64,000 nucleotides of DNA, taken from contig OZ374557.1 of the NCBI GenBank assembly GCA_977862235.1, positions 1 through 64,000 on the forward strand. Direction: 5' to 3'. The position numbers were made by a program, and so were the translations under genes. Source of the stretch: Dudresnaya verticillata. Taxonomy: Eukaryota. Position 1 is the first letter of the stretch, and each line of letters starts with the position of its first letter. The notes beneath the pieces are model-generated. The model was not told the DNA's origin. It was given only the letters and a program-made list of their open reading frames with translations, and ran no database searches. Below are positions 20,690-35,159 of this stretch, piece by piece.

Positions 20690-23600
20690 CAAGATCTCGC
20701 ACGTATCTCGACTGGCACCAAGTCCTTGGCCATGTCGGCTCGGAGCGACTTTTTTGCCGCGATCAAGAAGTGCAACGATGTTGCAATCAGGGATTGGAAG
20801 GATAGGACGGCGCTCGAATGCGTTGCTTCGAAGAAAATACTAGACGCGCGCCCGTCCGACCGACTTCAGAGAGAGACTTCAATCCGCTCTCACTAACCCA
20901 GAAAGATATAGCAGTGCCTGTCAATTCTCCGTCGATAAGAGGCAGCAGGTTCTTTGTCGTGTTCATGCAACATCGGTCCAGGCTCTGCACTGCGTTCTTT
21001 CTAAGTTCAAGGGATATATTTCTTGGAGCCCTCAAGTGGTACAAGGAAAGAATTAAAACAGAAGAACAGCATGTCGGTATTACCTTCTCTACCTGGATAA
21101 TGCCGGAGAACATACAAGCGCTCAAGTTTAAGAATTCGTTCAGGAACAAGGAATACTTATGCAGTATTCTCCAGCGTATGAAAGTCAGTCCAATGGTGTC
21201 GCAGAAAAGTGCAGCCAACACATCTGTAAGATGGCGCGTTCGATGATCTTCGGCGCAACCTTGCCCCCCAAGCTTTGGACAGAACCCGTATCCCATGCAT
21301 TCTGGCTTCGTAACCGTCTCTGTAACATAGACGTCAGGTCCAACGGACGTCTAGCTGCGCTGGTCGATCAGTCGCGCCCAGACCCTTCGAAGGGTGCTGG
21401 TAGCTGTGGTATTAGAGCGGTGGTGTCGGTCGTGCGCGCCATCGACGGTCGCGGATCGTACGGCACCGAAGCCTAAGCGCGCACGGGGCTGATCGTACGC
21501 GAGCGGCAGCGGACGGATCCCAGCATCCCCATCGTGGAGCGGCACGAAACCGACTGTCGGAAAGGAAAGGCGGGACCTAGACGGCTAAGGGAATGGGAAA
21601 TGCCATAGGGTGAGAGACTGGGAAAGAAGCCCAAATGAGAAAGGGGCAATCATGGCGTAGGCGGCCTTGTCCGTGTTTTCTATAGCCCAGAGTGGCGACT
21701 ACTAAATAGACTACAGTGCCCGCGGCGGCACTAACCCGAGAGCTGCAGCGGCGCGCCCCGATACGCGTCGACTCGTACGGGTAACAGTAACCCGGGGGCG
21801 GGCGTCGGCGAAACGGTCCACACGTACTCAGCGGCCCGACGCCGGAGTAAGCGCGCAAGGGTCACGCATTCAACGGCTCTACGCCGGAGTTCGTGCGCAC
21901 GGCGCGCGGGAAAGCGAGGCGTTCGACCGCCGCTTACACCAGACTGTACTGTACACTACACAAAAATGGACGTAGAAATTATACGGGAGTGTCAGTGTCA
22001 CACGCGTACATGTGTACGCGCGGGGGCCAAAGGGCGCTTCCTTACAGTTCAGCGGGGCTTCGGCGCCCCCAGCTCACAGCGTGCGTACAACGGTGCACAC
22101 GTGGCGCATCTGGTTTTACAGCTGCGTGGGCGTGGCACAGCTGGTTTTACAGCTATGCCACAGTCTTCCAAGTGCCGTCATCGATTATCCAGTCCCACTG
22201 ACCGTATGGTCAAGAGAGGTTCCCGACTTCTCTTTCGTTCTGCGCTATGCACAACGCGGCTATGCATACATATACCGTCCTAGTGCCATGATTCAGAAGA
22301 CGTTACTGCCCCGCGCCGATCTTTGCAACTTCGTTGGAATGCACAGTGACACTAGGCTGCACCGTGTATACTCCTCCGCAACCGAGAGGGTGAGGGAAAT
22401 CCGCGCCGCAGACTTCCATGTTATCGAAAATAGTGCAACGCTTCCTTCCTTCAACCAACTTATCGAAACTCTCAACGCGCAGCAAAGCCTCGAAGAAGAA
22501 GGACAGAATCACGAATTGGCGGATTCTTTCAAATACTCCTTCGCAACTGCGATGCATGTATTCTCCGCTGTTCTCACCGCTTTCAAGGCAAAGAAGAGAG
22601 ACAGACGCCCTCGAAGATCGTTCAAAGAAGCTCGTCATGACCGCAATTGGGCTCAAACCATCAACCGGGAGTACTATGCGCTACGTGACATGGGAACATG
22701 GGGGTATGTCCGCCTAACACACGACATGTGCCCCGCCCAATTTATATTGGACTTCTGACTGAAGGAGAGCCCAAGCCGACGTTGAAGTCATCCAAAAGGC
22801 CCATTATTGGCGGCGTGACGACAAGCAGCGATCGTTCGTCGACTTCGACCCGTTCAATTGGTATGCCCCAGTTGCTCGACATGAAAGCATCCAGCTCCTT
22901 CTTGCAGTCAAAGCGCACTTCAAACTCTTCATAGAAGGCGCTGACGTCATGAATGCTTACTTGCATGGAAGACGCGACGTGCCCATCATTATGAAGCAAC
23001 ACACGGACCGCTCCATCCAACAAGAGTACCCAGGCTACGCTTGCCAGGCTACGCTTGTCGACCACTCCGCTCTCTCTATGTCACAGTGCAAGCTGGGGAA
23101 ATATGGGGCGGCGTGTGGCACGATTTCTTTCTCCACGAAGGCTTCAAGCAGTCGACCTCTGACGCGCGAACGTATTTTCTTCGCCATCCGGGGACTATAT
23201 GGCGCCCATCGTCGTTTTCGAGGATATGGCGTTCGAAAGCAACTCTCAAGCCATCATTGACCACTTCAAGGCTCCGTTCGCTGCCACATTCAAGGTCAAG
23301 CTTCTTCGATATCCCCATTCGTTCATCGGCTGGCTGATGCGCTGCGATGCAAGTGGAATCTATGTCGACCAATCCAAGTACCTCACCGATCTGCTCGAAG
23401 AGAGTCATCTTCTTCATGTCAAGCCGTATCCGACTCGGTTTCCGTTGAATGATGACTTAACCGCGCTGCACAAATGTGACACCATGTTGAAAACGTCTGA
23501 GTACGCCCGATACCGTTCGCTCATTAGCGGCCTGCTATACCTTGCAGTGTGCACACGTCCTGACTTGTCCTCTGCGGCTGGTGTTCTGGCTCATCAAGTT

Positions 23601-24345
23601 CACGGCCCGGCTCAGAGCCGCTACGTACTCGCGAAGACATTGCTGTTGCCGTACGTCGCTTGGACGGACTAGTATTCCCTTAAGGTCCCCGTATCACGCA
23701 ACCGAAATATGGCGTTTTACTATGACGCGGACGGGGCAGGTTTCATGGAAATCAGATGGTATACGACAGGAATGGTTCGTTTATTTGCCGGTACCCCGGT
23801 AACTTGGACTTCAAAACACCAGAACCTTATTTCAATGTCTACAGCAGAAGCAATGTATGTTGCCTTGTCAACGTGCACAAAGACCATCACTTGGATGAGG
23901 CGAATATACCAAGAGTTCATGACTGGCGAACCCTGCTTGAACGAGCCAATCTTCGCTGGAACCAACATCATGATGGACAGTACCACCGCAATATCACTCG
24001 CCATGAAGAAAAATGTGACACAGAAATAAACATATTTCCCTGAAGATCCACCACGTTTGGGAACTTCCGGATCTTGGAAGAGTCTCGCTGAAGCATGTAC
24101 CCTTCGAGCACCAAGTCACGGATTTGCTGACAGAGGCGGTCAGCAAGGAGACGCTCCAGGAACTATGTGGAAAAATGAAACTAAATAATCACAATCAGTA
24201 AGTACCATCGTAAAGGGCCCACGAACTACTAACTATTTGTGCACGGAATTCCTCTCGATATCACCTTACGATTTATCTTCGTGCTGCAGCAACTTGGTCA
24301 CCACACAAACTAACGGAATACCAAGCCTGGGCACGAAGGACTGTA
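20690..24345 (+). mobile_element. Degenerate Ty1/copia retrotransposon (integrase-RT-RNase H), 5' part missing
   Basis: WHQVLGHVG pre-integrase motif; QSNGVAEK..ARSM..LPPKLW..WLRNRLPS; RT motifs EYYALRDMGTW, DVMNAYLHG and CTRPDLS; RNase H VTWTSKHQ..STAEAMYVA. Many frameshifts. Confidence 0.9.
21321..22162 (-). mobile_element. Solo LTR (842 bp) inserted in the copia integrase
   Basis: Ends TGTAACATAG...CTATGCCACA; target-site duplication GTCTC/GTCTT. Removing it restores WLRNRL-PSAVID. Similar to the LTR at 58278-59049. Confidence 0.88.
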
Positions 24346-25009
24346 GAGAACCGTTGCCAAGTGGCACTACAGGCTTACTAGCTTGAAGCTTTTGTTATGT
24401 AATTTAGAATTGTCAGCTCTACTCTAATCCAAGAAGATGTTCCGTTGCAGGAACAACTTCTTCCGTTGAAGACGTAACATCTTCAAGCCTGTCCCCGGAG
24501 ATAGATGTTTTGAACTACCATGTCCCCGGGGGTAGTTGTTCTGAGGGCATGGCGGTTTGGGCTACTGTAGAAGATACCGTTTACAAATAGAACAGCTACT
24601 TTATCCATACCGTTTAGAATCAGCAGTAGTGCTGTTCTTTATCAAACGCATAGAGTAGGCTCGGAGCTTTGGAGCAAGCGGCTCCGTAATAGAATATAAA
24701 AGCTCCGCCCTTTTCTCTCTCGAGGAAGAAAAGGGCAGAGGTCTTCGCATTGAGCACAAACAAGACAGCACCCAAAAAGTCAAGGAGTAAGTGTTTATAG
24801 GACGAGATAGAAGAAGCATTGAACGTGATCAGCGCGTGCAGCTCTAATAATTGATAATAATTGAGTCACCCGTGTGGTATAGCGAGAGAGGTCCCCGTCG
24901 GCGGAAATTGAGCTCCGAATCGGGATAAGTATCTGGGACAAGTGCAGTGCACCACCGCCGGGTGTTGCAGAAATTATACGATGCTTACGCCTCGCTGGAA
25001 CCTGCGGCG

Positions 25010-28000
25010 CTCACCAATCGGAACCAAGCAGTTGATTTATTTTAATTAGTTAATTGTAATCATGCTGTACGGTAAGTAGTATAATGCCGGCCAATAAGAA
25101 TGCCGAACATATCTGCAACGGTGACTGGAACCACCAGGGCCAGATCCACCTAGTGGACCAGAACCATCCGCGTCTGGCCCACACTGACCGGGCCGCGGGC
25201 CATACTGTACATTATATTAATGCGAGGCCATCGTGGACCCTGCAGTAAACGGGCCAGCAACCTGGGCAAATTCCTTTACCCTAAGCCTTACCCTTGTACT
25301 CCTTCACGGTTTCCCCGAGCTAGTCCCGTCCACGAATACCTCTATCTCCGTCTCGGTGTAACTGCCTCGGCCCTGTATCGTCCCCTTGTCCGTTGCTTCC
25401 CTTTACCCCTTACAGGTGTTGCCGCCCGCGTTACTCCCTTCAGTCTACGAACTAAGCTCTACTACACCGGTTTGGGGCGAACATTCCGTATTAGGATTGC
25501 TTGATCAGCTCTCCTTTCAGGTGTGCCTCTCACTACACCGCAACACATGTGACGCCCGAGTTGGAAATTTGTACATAAGCCCACGATTGACTAGCTTGTC
25601 TATCCGTGGTATCCTTTTCCCGACGCTTCCTTTCTCCACTGTGGGTTTCTGCTGCGAAAGGTTTTACCGGTGCCCGGAGGTAGGTGCCAGGGCACATGCA
25701 TAATATGTAAATTGTCCCCTTCGACAGGTGTGGAACAAGTTTGAAGTTTTTCAAAAATCCGCCTTGAAGGCGAAGAAGAAGTAGAGCGCACACGAACAGC
25801 GTAGATATTCACTCCTGCCAGACTGAAGAAGCCACTGGCCCAGCACACTACTTCCGCGCTAGGAAACGCAACGCGGTATGACGGTATTGTCCGTGGGCAG
25901 AGAATAGGCAAGGCTAGATCGCACGCTCCATTGTATCCGCAAGTCGCGCGCAGAAATTGAGCGTAGGCCTACCGATTGGACAAGAGGAGTAAATCGTATA
26001 GCTCTATGTTCTCACAGAACATGAGCCGTGTACGGAAGAAACTCGACGTCGAGATGTCGTCCCATACCTTCGATAGGACGGACCTTATTACCATCTTGGG
26101 ATTTCTCGCCAAGTTTCGTGACGGTTGCAATATTAACGGCATCTCCGAAGGGGTTACCGTTTGGTTCTTCGGATCTTTACTTAAAGGACAGGCCGAAGTC
26201 CTGGTACAGGCTAGACTTGCTGAAAGTGCCATGGCGGTTGATGTGGAGCAGGCTAAGACGCTCCGCTCATACTCCGAGACGGTGAACTTTCTACTGAGGA
26301 CGTACGCTACGGATGAAGTAATCGTTGAAGCCTATACATACATCAGAAACCTCAGGCAAACATCCCCCATGACGGAAGAGCACTTCTCTAACCAACTCTG
26401 GACAAAGTCTCTCCGTTGTAGCACAGTATTTTACAATCGGACATTGAAGTCTGTATTCGTCGAGGGACTCCTACCTGGCACGCATCAACAGATGAGAAAT
26501 TGTTTGGCCACGCATTCCCATCTGCACTATCAAGCGACTACCAAGCCATCACGCACTATGCGACTGGCTTGGGTTAATCCCATCGGGCAGCTCAACGTCA
26601 AACCGTTCCGGCACACGTCTTTTCCGGACGCCCTAAAGCTCTCCCGTCTAACGTGTTGTCGCTGGATCCCGTATTAGATTACAGTATGAACCATAAGGAG
26701 ATCTTTCCGTTACGGATGCTCAAGTGTTCGCCGTCGAAGGAGGCCACGATGCCGCTACGGGGACGAGTTCGGGGGTTACCTTTTCAACTCCGTACCCTTC
26801 ACCCTCGCAAAGCGTGTACCCTACGCCGCCCAGGATTCCGCGTGCGCAAGGTCACCCCTATGGTGGATTTCGCTCAGTTTCTGGCTCCCAGCAGCAACCG
26901 AGTCGCCGTTACGAACATAATTGTGAGGAAGCTCGATGAGAATAGCAGCAGCAAGCACCTCTGCTACGGGATGAGTGGGATCCTAGGATCCGACGCCTTT
27001 ACGGAAGTGGGGATCGCCGCATCTCAGTTTAATCAGAGCATTTCGTTTGCGCGTGGATAAACGAATCCGATCGGATTAAGCTCATGGAAGAGCGTGAAGG
27101 CAACTTCCAGCCGCACTACCCTGTAGGCCGCAGGCTTGTAGTGGAAACCAGTTTGATTCCGCAAGGGAATCGAGGCAGACAGCAAACGCCACCTCCGCAA
27201 CAGAATGCCCTATATTATCTCTGGAGGACCATGGCGGAATGGAACACGCAGAATGTCGCGAGGCCATGGAGGCGGATACGACTGTCGCACCCTTGATTTC
27301 GGAAAACTCAAAGGGGACGCGTAAGGGCGCCGCCATCCCCGCCTCATGGCACTGCACCTTTTGTCAGTGTGGACTCGCCCGGGGATCGGCGAGATACCGT
27401 TACGGAACTCCCATTGGCTTATCAGACCAATGGTCCTATCTGCTTTATGCAACATCAAAATTATAAGATGCAAATTACCGTGGGACGGACAGATGGCGTG
27501 ATGCTTCCTTTCATCTCCGTATTGGACTCTGGCGCTGGGCCGAATCTCATAAGTGCCAGGCGCATGCCGCGTCAATGGCTGCCTCTCATCCACCGAGCCC
27601 CCAGTCCTCGGCTGTAGGATGCGTCTAATTGCGCAATAGACCCTCTTGGTCAGATCCAACTTTTCGCCCGTATCAGAGAGCTCCGTACTCGTGTCCACTC
27701 TCTTGTGGTCGCGAGCTTGGCGGCTCCGTGCATTTTTGGAATTACCTTCATCGACCGATACGTGAATGCAATCCTACCCCCGTTACGGAAAGTTGTATTT
27801 CATCATTACCCTCCAGTATCTCATTTTTACCGAGCCAAAATTACGAAGACAGGTAGCGCCGCAACCCTACAGCCCCCATCCTTCTCCACCACTACGGCTT
27901 CTCAGAAAATCTGTCTAGAAAAATCTACCCTTATTCCCTCTATGACTCAAACCTCCGTAACGGTTAATACCCCTACGGGTGGGTTATGCTTTTTACGAAA

Positions 28001-30874
28001 CCATCCAAGCCGGCTTTCAAGCACCGTACGCTAATGGCTAGTGATATTATGGATGTTGTGCCCAACAAACCGTTTCGGATCTGGGTCTCTAGCGTTTATA
28101 AGAATCTGGTACGGTTGCCAAAACCTACTGTCGTGGGACTCGCTATTGCTCCCCCTGTCGCTATTTTACCGTTTTATGCCCCCATTTAAGGAGGGGAGGA
28201 ATTATTCATTCATTTGCTTCTAGCCCTACCTCCAAAAAGAACAGCAGTATCTCCCCCAACGACAATTAAATAAGCAAAAGCGTAACGGAAACTACAAATA
28301 CTACCGACTGGAAGTATCAAGTCCAGATCGGTACAGATTATGCATCGCTCCGTGCACGGATTTTGACTCAAGGAGTACGAGTAGATGTGGAGTGACGATC
28401 TTGGCAACATTTCAGCTGCCAAAAACTGCATCAAGTGGACTCCCGGAGCCAAGCCAGTATACCAAGCCCCATACCGTGCCGGACATAAGCAGTGTGAGCT
28501 CGGAAAGAATGAGATCGAGCGCATAATTTCCGTTAAGGTAATTGAACCAGCCTCTGCGGACGAGTCCTGTAGATTTTTTTCTCAAAAAGGACTGCACCAT
28601 GCGGTTCTGTGCCCACTATCCAACGCTCCATTCCGTAACGGTTAGGGACTCATATCCATTGCCCAGAATGGATGAATGCATATACGCCCTTTGCGAAGCT
28701 ACTCTATTCACCACCTTGGATTGCAATAGTGGATATTGGCAGTTCGAGATTCCGGAAGAGGAAGGGGAGAAAACTAACTTTACTAGACATTTTGGATTAT
28801 ATCGTTTTCAGAGAATGTCATTCGGATTGAATAATGCGCTGGCAACCTTCCAACGGGCCGTGGATATAATCCTTTCCTCGTCTAAATGGCAATTTGCCCT
28901 CGTCCTACCTAGACGATGTAATTGTCTACTCAAAGACAGTTAATGACCATTTCCACCGCCTGAAGGAAGTCCTGACGCTTTTGCAATCCGCTGGGTTGAC
29001 GTTGAAGTCTCAAATTGTGCCTTCTTCGGCGCGTCTGTACAGTACCTGGGGTATGTTATCCGTCCCAGAAGATTAGAAGTGGATAATGGGAATATCCCAT
29101 CCGTTAAGGTGGCGAAGCCACCGACTAACCAAACGGAGTTACGATCCTTCTTGGGAATGTGCAACGTGTATCGTCGCTTTGTGCCGAACTTTGCTCGGAT
29201 TTCAGTGCCGCTGAATAAGAAAACCGGTAAGGGTCTACGCTTTGAGTTTGGTATTTTATCCAATACAGAATATGAAGCCTTCGAAGAGTTGAAGAGGTGC
29301 CTCCTCTTTCCACGTATATTGGGTCTACCCCGACACGGATATAAGTACACGCTGGACACCAATGCTTGTGATCACCAAGTGGACGGCGTGTTATTACAGG
29401 AAAAACCGAACGGCGATCAACTCCCGGTTGGATATTGGAGCCGAAGCCTCACCGATGCGGAGAAAATTTGCACTATAACCGAGAAGGAATCTTTGGCGGA
29501 GGTCTGGAGCATTTTGACATTCCGGCCCTACCCTTACAGTGACACAAGTTTATTCTCTGAACGGATCACGATGCACTGCGATGGATCTTGAACCTCGCAG
29601 ACGCATCTGGCCACCTGACAAGGTGGAGACCCCGCTATTGGAATTTGAATTTGAGTTGCAATACCGTCCAGGGATTAGACACCAACTTGCAGATGGGATG
29701 TCGCGACTCCGAATGGATGGCGGTGACGACAGACCTTTGGACGAAGAGATCCCTTGCTTTGTCGCCGAAAATACCACCAACGGATTATATAAGCGTGGAG
29801 CTTACCTAACCGATTGGGCCACACCACGAGAAACCGTAACGGAAGATAACGTCATATGCGCTGTGGGGCCCGCTAGTGGAAGTGCATCCGCCTCCCATGA
29901 GAAGCCCGACGCAATACCGTCATGGTTTACTGTAACACAAGAAGCCGACGTGAAGGATGAGACGATTGCCAGAGAGGCGTTCCTCGAATCGCAAGCCCGA
30001 GACCCTTTCTGCTGTCTCAAAGCCGATGCGGTAGGATCCCCTGGATCACAGTTGGAATATGACCGTAACGGATTCTTGGTGCGCAGGTCCCAGTTGGATG
30101 GTGCCCTGCAAAAGGTGGTGCCAGTGGAGCTCCGTGGACGGGTCCTATATCTCTCACACCATACCGTGATGTCAGATCACCCTGGGGGAATTAAGATGTA
30201 TTATACCCTCCAGCAGGATTATTATTGGCCTCATATGGCCAATGATGTTGTTGAATCCGTTCGGACATGTCGCTCCTGTGCGAAGATGAAGGGAACCCGC
30301 TTTCGGAATCAAAGGTTTATGAAACTTTCCCCGCCAGCGGACCCTTGGCGTTTGTCGCTATCGCCATCCTCGGGTCATTGCCGAAAACAAAACGGGGATA
30401 CGTCTACGTTTTGGTAATTACAGATCGGTTCTCAAAGCTTACACGCTGTATTCCGTTACGGACTACAACAACCGTTCTGGTTGCTAACGCCTTTCTGGAC
30501 TGTTGCGTGCACGCCTATGGCGCACTCCAATTTGTCCTAACCGATAACGGACCGCAGTTTACTGCCAAGTTCGTTGATGCGCTATGCTCCCTACTCAGAG
30601 TCAGGCACCTACTTACAGCTGCCTACCATCAGCAAACAAATGGGCAAGCTGAGCGATTTAATAAGACAATCTCCCAACAATTGCGCCATTACGTCAAGGA
30701 TCATCACTCCGATTGCGATCTGTACCTGCAATCGTTAACGTATGCGTACAACATGCAGATACGCCGAATTACGGAAACGACGCCATTTTATTTGTTTCTG
30801 ATACGCCACCCATCGGATATTATTATACGAGGGGATCCTGTCGAGCATCAAGAATCCGTTACGGAAGGGCGTAT
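25010..30874 (+). mobile_element. Degenerate Ty3/gypsy retrotransposon (LTR region, gag, protease, RT, RNase H, integrase), 3'-truncated
   Basis: Gag at ~25976; protease LDSGAGPNLI; RT YPLPRMDECI, LDCNSGYWQ and YLDDV; RNase H LDTNAC..PVGYWSRSL; integrase HPG..YYWP..CRSC, LTDNGPQF and TNGQAERFN. Frameshifts and stops. Confidence 0.92.
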
Positions 30875-31723
30875 TGTAGTGCAGACATCCTGGACGAAAC
30901 ACGGCCGAGCAGTTCGGGCCTCGGTGGATAACGAAGCCTGAGGCGATGAATTGCCACACCTTAGGCGGTGATGGTAGAGCGGTTGACACTCCTTGGGCGG
31001 ACTGTAAACGCCCGAGGCGTAAAGGAATAAAAAAAGAGAACAAAAGAAAACATTCAACAACGGGGGCTGATTGTGGAAGCATGAGAGGTAGACGCGTGAG
31101 CCTTGAGGCCAGCGGGTAGGTACGCGTGGCGCGAAAAGTGGTAGTCCGGGCCAAAGCCGGCTTGCCAAGGATTATTCCAACGTCTCAAACGGATTATATA
31201 ATATACTACTACTACGATGCCGACAGCGGCGTGGACCAGGACGAGGTCCAAGCCACGCTGCGTCTGACAAGTCGGCGTAGGCATGTAGGCGCGTGCGCAC
31301 GGGTAATGGGTACCTCACAGGCGCGTGCGCGCAGAGGTGCGGGAGATCTGGATTCGGGTCCCGATCCGTGCCAGTGTTGCAGGCACGGGGCCATTACACT
31401 CGTGCGCCTGACATCACGGTGGATCGCGATGATTCATCTCGATGTACGATCCCGATCCGATCCGGACCCCGGCCGCGCTTACAGACGCGCGCCCTACACG
31501 CCGTTGATCTCCGTTTACAATCCGGATCTGCGGCACGCCGGACGTACAGCACCCAGGGTGCCATGCACACCCGCCTGAGGTTGCAGCGTCCGTACGCCGG
31601 AGGGACAGTTGTCAATAACGTGTTCGCGCGGAAGCGGTGATTGGGACGCTGGAGGCTGTTTCCCGTCGTTATCCTATAATGCACGCTCAGAGCGAAAAGC
31701 ACAGGTTCACCCCTGATACTACA
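30875..31723. mobile_element. LTR-like segment interrupting the plus-strand gypsy integrase
   Basis: Starts TGTAGTGCAGAC and ends TGATACTACA. Shares GGTAGAGCGG, a purine run and a CGGGTAA..TACC motif with the other LTRs. No target-site duplication. Confidence 0.5.
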
Positions 31724-31857
31724 CAAGCCTCTCCGAAAACGTTAATACGTCTTCCCACATCAGCCCAACTTCTTCGTTCCGTGTATGTGCGTTGCGAACT
31801 CTGGCTGTGCCGCGAGTTCTAACCTGTTGCGACGCTGCGCGTGCCAGCGTCGCTCCC

Positions 31858-33340
31858 CTGTCATTGGCGTTGTTTGGTCACCGTCATCGACGCATGATCA
31901 GTTTCCTTCTGCCTGTGGCGTTAGTGTCTCGACCCGTCATTGACGCATTCCATTTAGACTAGGCCCGTCGCGCCAAGTAAGTATCGTCATCAACGTACTT
32001 TTAGCCGGCGTAGTTGCTTAGTGATCGCCCAAGGCGTTCTCGTTTACCGTCATTAACGTTTTGTGTACGATCCTCGCTCGTGGCGTTATTACAGACCCGT
32101 CATTGGCGTACGATAATCTGAACCCGCCCGTCGCGTTAAGCAATCTCCGTCATCGACTTACGTTCGACTGGGACAGTTAGCTCAATCGTCGCCCCAGGCG
32201 TTCACGTGTACCGTTTTTGACGTTTTCCTGGACTTTGCCAGTGGCGTTAAGGTGTGAGCGTCTTTGACGTCATGTCTGCGTTTAACGGTATCCAGGTTGC
32301 AGCACCGTCATCGATGTCGCTTTTCCCGTCATAGGACGACTCGAACAGTTCGCTAGTAGCGGTGTACCCCATGGGCTCCGACAGTGATGGTGGTAGAACG
32401 TCCAAGACGGTTACCCACGTGGAGGGTAGCTACCTGCACCGGCGTAGTAGCCCCGCGGCGACGCGAATAAGTAATCGATAAATTTCGAAGGTATGCCGAA
32501 GCGCACCAATCAATGTCCAATTTTCAAACGGCGCAAAGCGCACCAATGAGCGCTCAATTTTTCTGTAAGGCGAAGCGCACCAATGGGCGTTCAATTTCCT
32601 GGCGCACAGATCCCGTGCCTGTAAGGCGGCACGCACCAATGACACGTCGGATTTTGTGCGGCACGGAGCATCGCCTACCAGAGGTGTCGTATGACCCCAT
32701 GCTCCCTCGCTGCCGGTGTGCCGTGTCGTGAATTGCCGGTGGCGGGCGTGAGCGTCAAAGACGGTATGGAAACCGCTAGTGCGTGTTGTTGTACGTTAAT
32801 GACGGCATTTTATCTCATGGTGCGGGTGGGGTCGGCCGAGAAACGTCTGTGACGATGAAGCGCGGCAGGATGCAGCTGTCCACATGCGTGGAAACGTCGA
32901 GGACGGTGAAAGGCGGAGTGCGCGAGTTACCGCGTGCCGGATAACGTCGATGACGGAGACGTCTTGCGCTACGCGGATGAATGTGAGTAACAAAACGTCA
33001 ATGAAGATACCAAACGCCGACGACGCTTCTAAATGGCACTGCTCGCGTTACCGCGAGACGGGGAACTTCTATAACGGTGAAATTAATGGTAGTTCGCGGG
33101 TGAACAAGTTCCCTGGAACGTCAATGACGATACGAAACCTCGATGACGATACGAAGCGGCCGTTGTAGATGAGAACGAGAATGAAAACGTCGATGATGAT
33201 ACGAAACGTCGATGACGACACGAAGCGGCCGTTGCGGGCGACCGCATTCCTGAAAACGTCGATGGCGATACGGAGTGGTACTACGTGGGGTACCGCGTGC
33301 AACAAAACGTCAATGGCGATTGCAAACGTCCATGACGATA
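31858..33340. repeat. Oppositely oriented arrays of a 14-bp motif CCGTCATYGACGTT
   Basis: About 10 forward copies (31858-32340) and about 14 reverse copies (32398-33340). GCGCACCAAT occurs four times in the centre. Confidence 0.7.
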
Positions 33341-35159
33341 CGAAGTGGTACTGCTCGGGTGTTGTACGATTCGGCGCTGCCATGTAGTCTCGTCTTCGAC
33401 GTCGATACCGTACGGTCCGGTAGTGCAAGATACCGGTGTCACAACCGGACCCTTTGATAAGCGACTCCAGCCGTAGCACGTGACCGATTAACGCCCCAGG
33501 CGCTGTGAGAGTGCGTTGGGGACGGCAATCGCAACATTCCGGTTGAGCGGGAGTTCAGGTTATATCTAGGAAGCCGCAATGCACCATACTTCTGTACCAC
33601 GGTTATGGTGACGTCGATCGCGTACGGCGTTGACGGGGGAACCTCGAAGTCTATGTAGTACGCCATAATGACCGCAACAGGGCGAGCGCCGACCGTGGGG
33701 ACACCCACGATTGCGCTTACCATGACGTTAATGACGGTTCAACTCGGTCCAACTGTGTACAATTATAACTGTACACGCAGCGTCTTGAGACGGGTTGTGC
33801 GTTAGCGCAATGGCGTAGTCGACAATCCATAGATTTGAGCGGATTTGACGGCAGAGCCGACTTCGCCCGTTGTCGGTTTCGGATTGCTCCGTCTTTGTTG
33901 ACATCGCCCTCTCCGCGCTGGACGTTGCAGCTGCTCCGCTTTCTTAACGGTCTCAAGACCCTTTTCCAGTCGCTCAGCGCTGGTTACGTAACGTAAAAGA
34001 CGCGTCTAACATCTCCAGGTCAATCCTTTGGCCTTACTCACCGTTTCATAACACATGCTGTTGACAGCGGCATGCGGCGCGCGGCGGCGTTTACTGGTTG
34101 GCGCGGGAATTCGTCCGCCTATAGTTCTTTGAGGACGTGAGTATCCGGAAGTTTGGTGTGGCGAGCTCGCTTCTCAGAGAAACCGGGGTCGGTGAGCACA
34201 CCCCAGCACCCTACTGTATCGCCCTCCGTCGATAACGTGTACCCGTGTTTTTTGTTCCGGCATCGTAGACGGATTCGAATGCCTTCTTGCTGTGATCCGA
34301 TTTGGACTCTTGTCTTCGCGCTTCCCCCACTCGCTTCCAGCGGTCGTTCCAGTCCTGTCGACACCATGCCATGTCGGCGACGTTTTGGGCGGACTCCCTC
34401 CGAGATGAATACGCTCTTGGCGGAGGTACAGTATCGAACCACTTGACGATGTGGGAGATCTCCACATTATCCCCATACGTGCGTGCCTCCGGCCGGCCGA
34501 TGGCGTATGTTCCCCCACGGTTGGCGTATGTCCTTCCCTGCGGTGTCCTTGACGCGTCTTGCGACCGGCATTGCCATTTATCGCGGGGAACTTCCCGGTC
34601 CACGAAGCGTACCCGACATAGCGATCTTCATGGGCGGAAGATCGCCTTGTGAACCGTATTAGGCGGTCGTTCGCCTTTGATGAGGGTTGCGTTCGCCTCA
34701 TGCGGGTTCGACCCTACCGCCTCTTGGTGATCATTTGACTCCTTGCGCTGGGCCGCCACTGGCGTTTGTGACCCGTCTCAACGGGCTCACCGGTACGGTC
34801 TTCCCGTGACGAGGCTCCTGCGGACCACGCTGTGTCGTTGCCCTCGGGCGCTGCCAAAGTATAACGGTCCCCGTTGAAACGGTTTCGAATGCTTTTTGTT
34901 CGGCTATCGTCGTAGACGGGGTGAGGCGACTTACTGTCGGGATATCCAGCAAAGCGGACTTGATCGGCCAACCCTCGATTGATTGGGTGGGGAGGGGTGT
35001 CCGTATTCGGACCCCCAGGGCCCCTGCCTATATTCGGTACGGCGTTCCCCGCTGGATCATCCGCTTGCTTGCTTCGTCAACGACGGTGCTTTCTGGGGCA
35101 GACCCCTCTTCCGGTGCGAAAATATTCATTGCCCAGAGCCTGTCGATGAATACGCCAAC

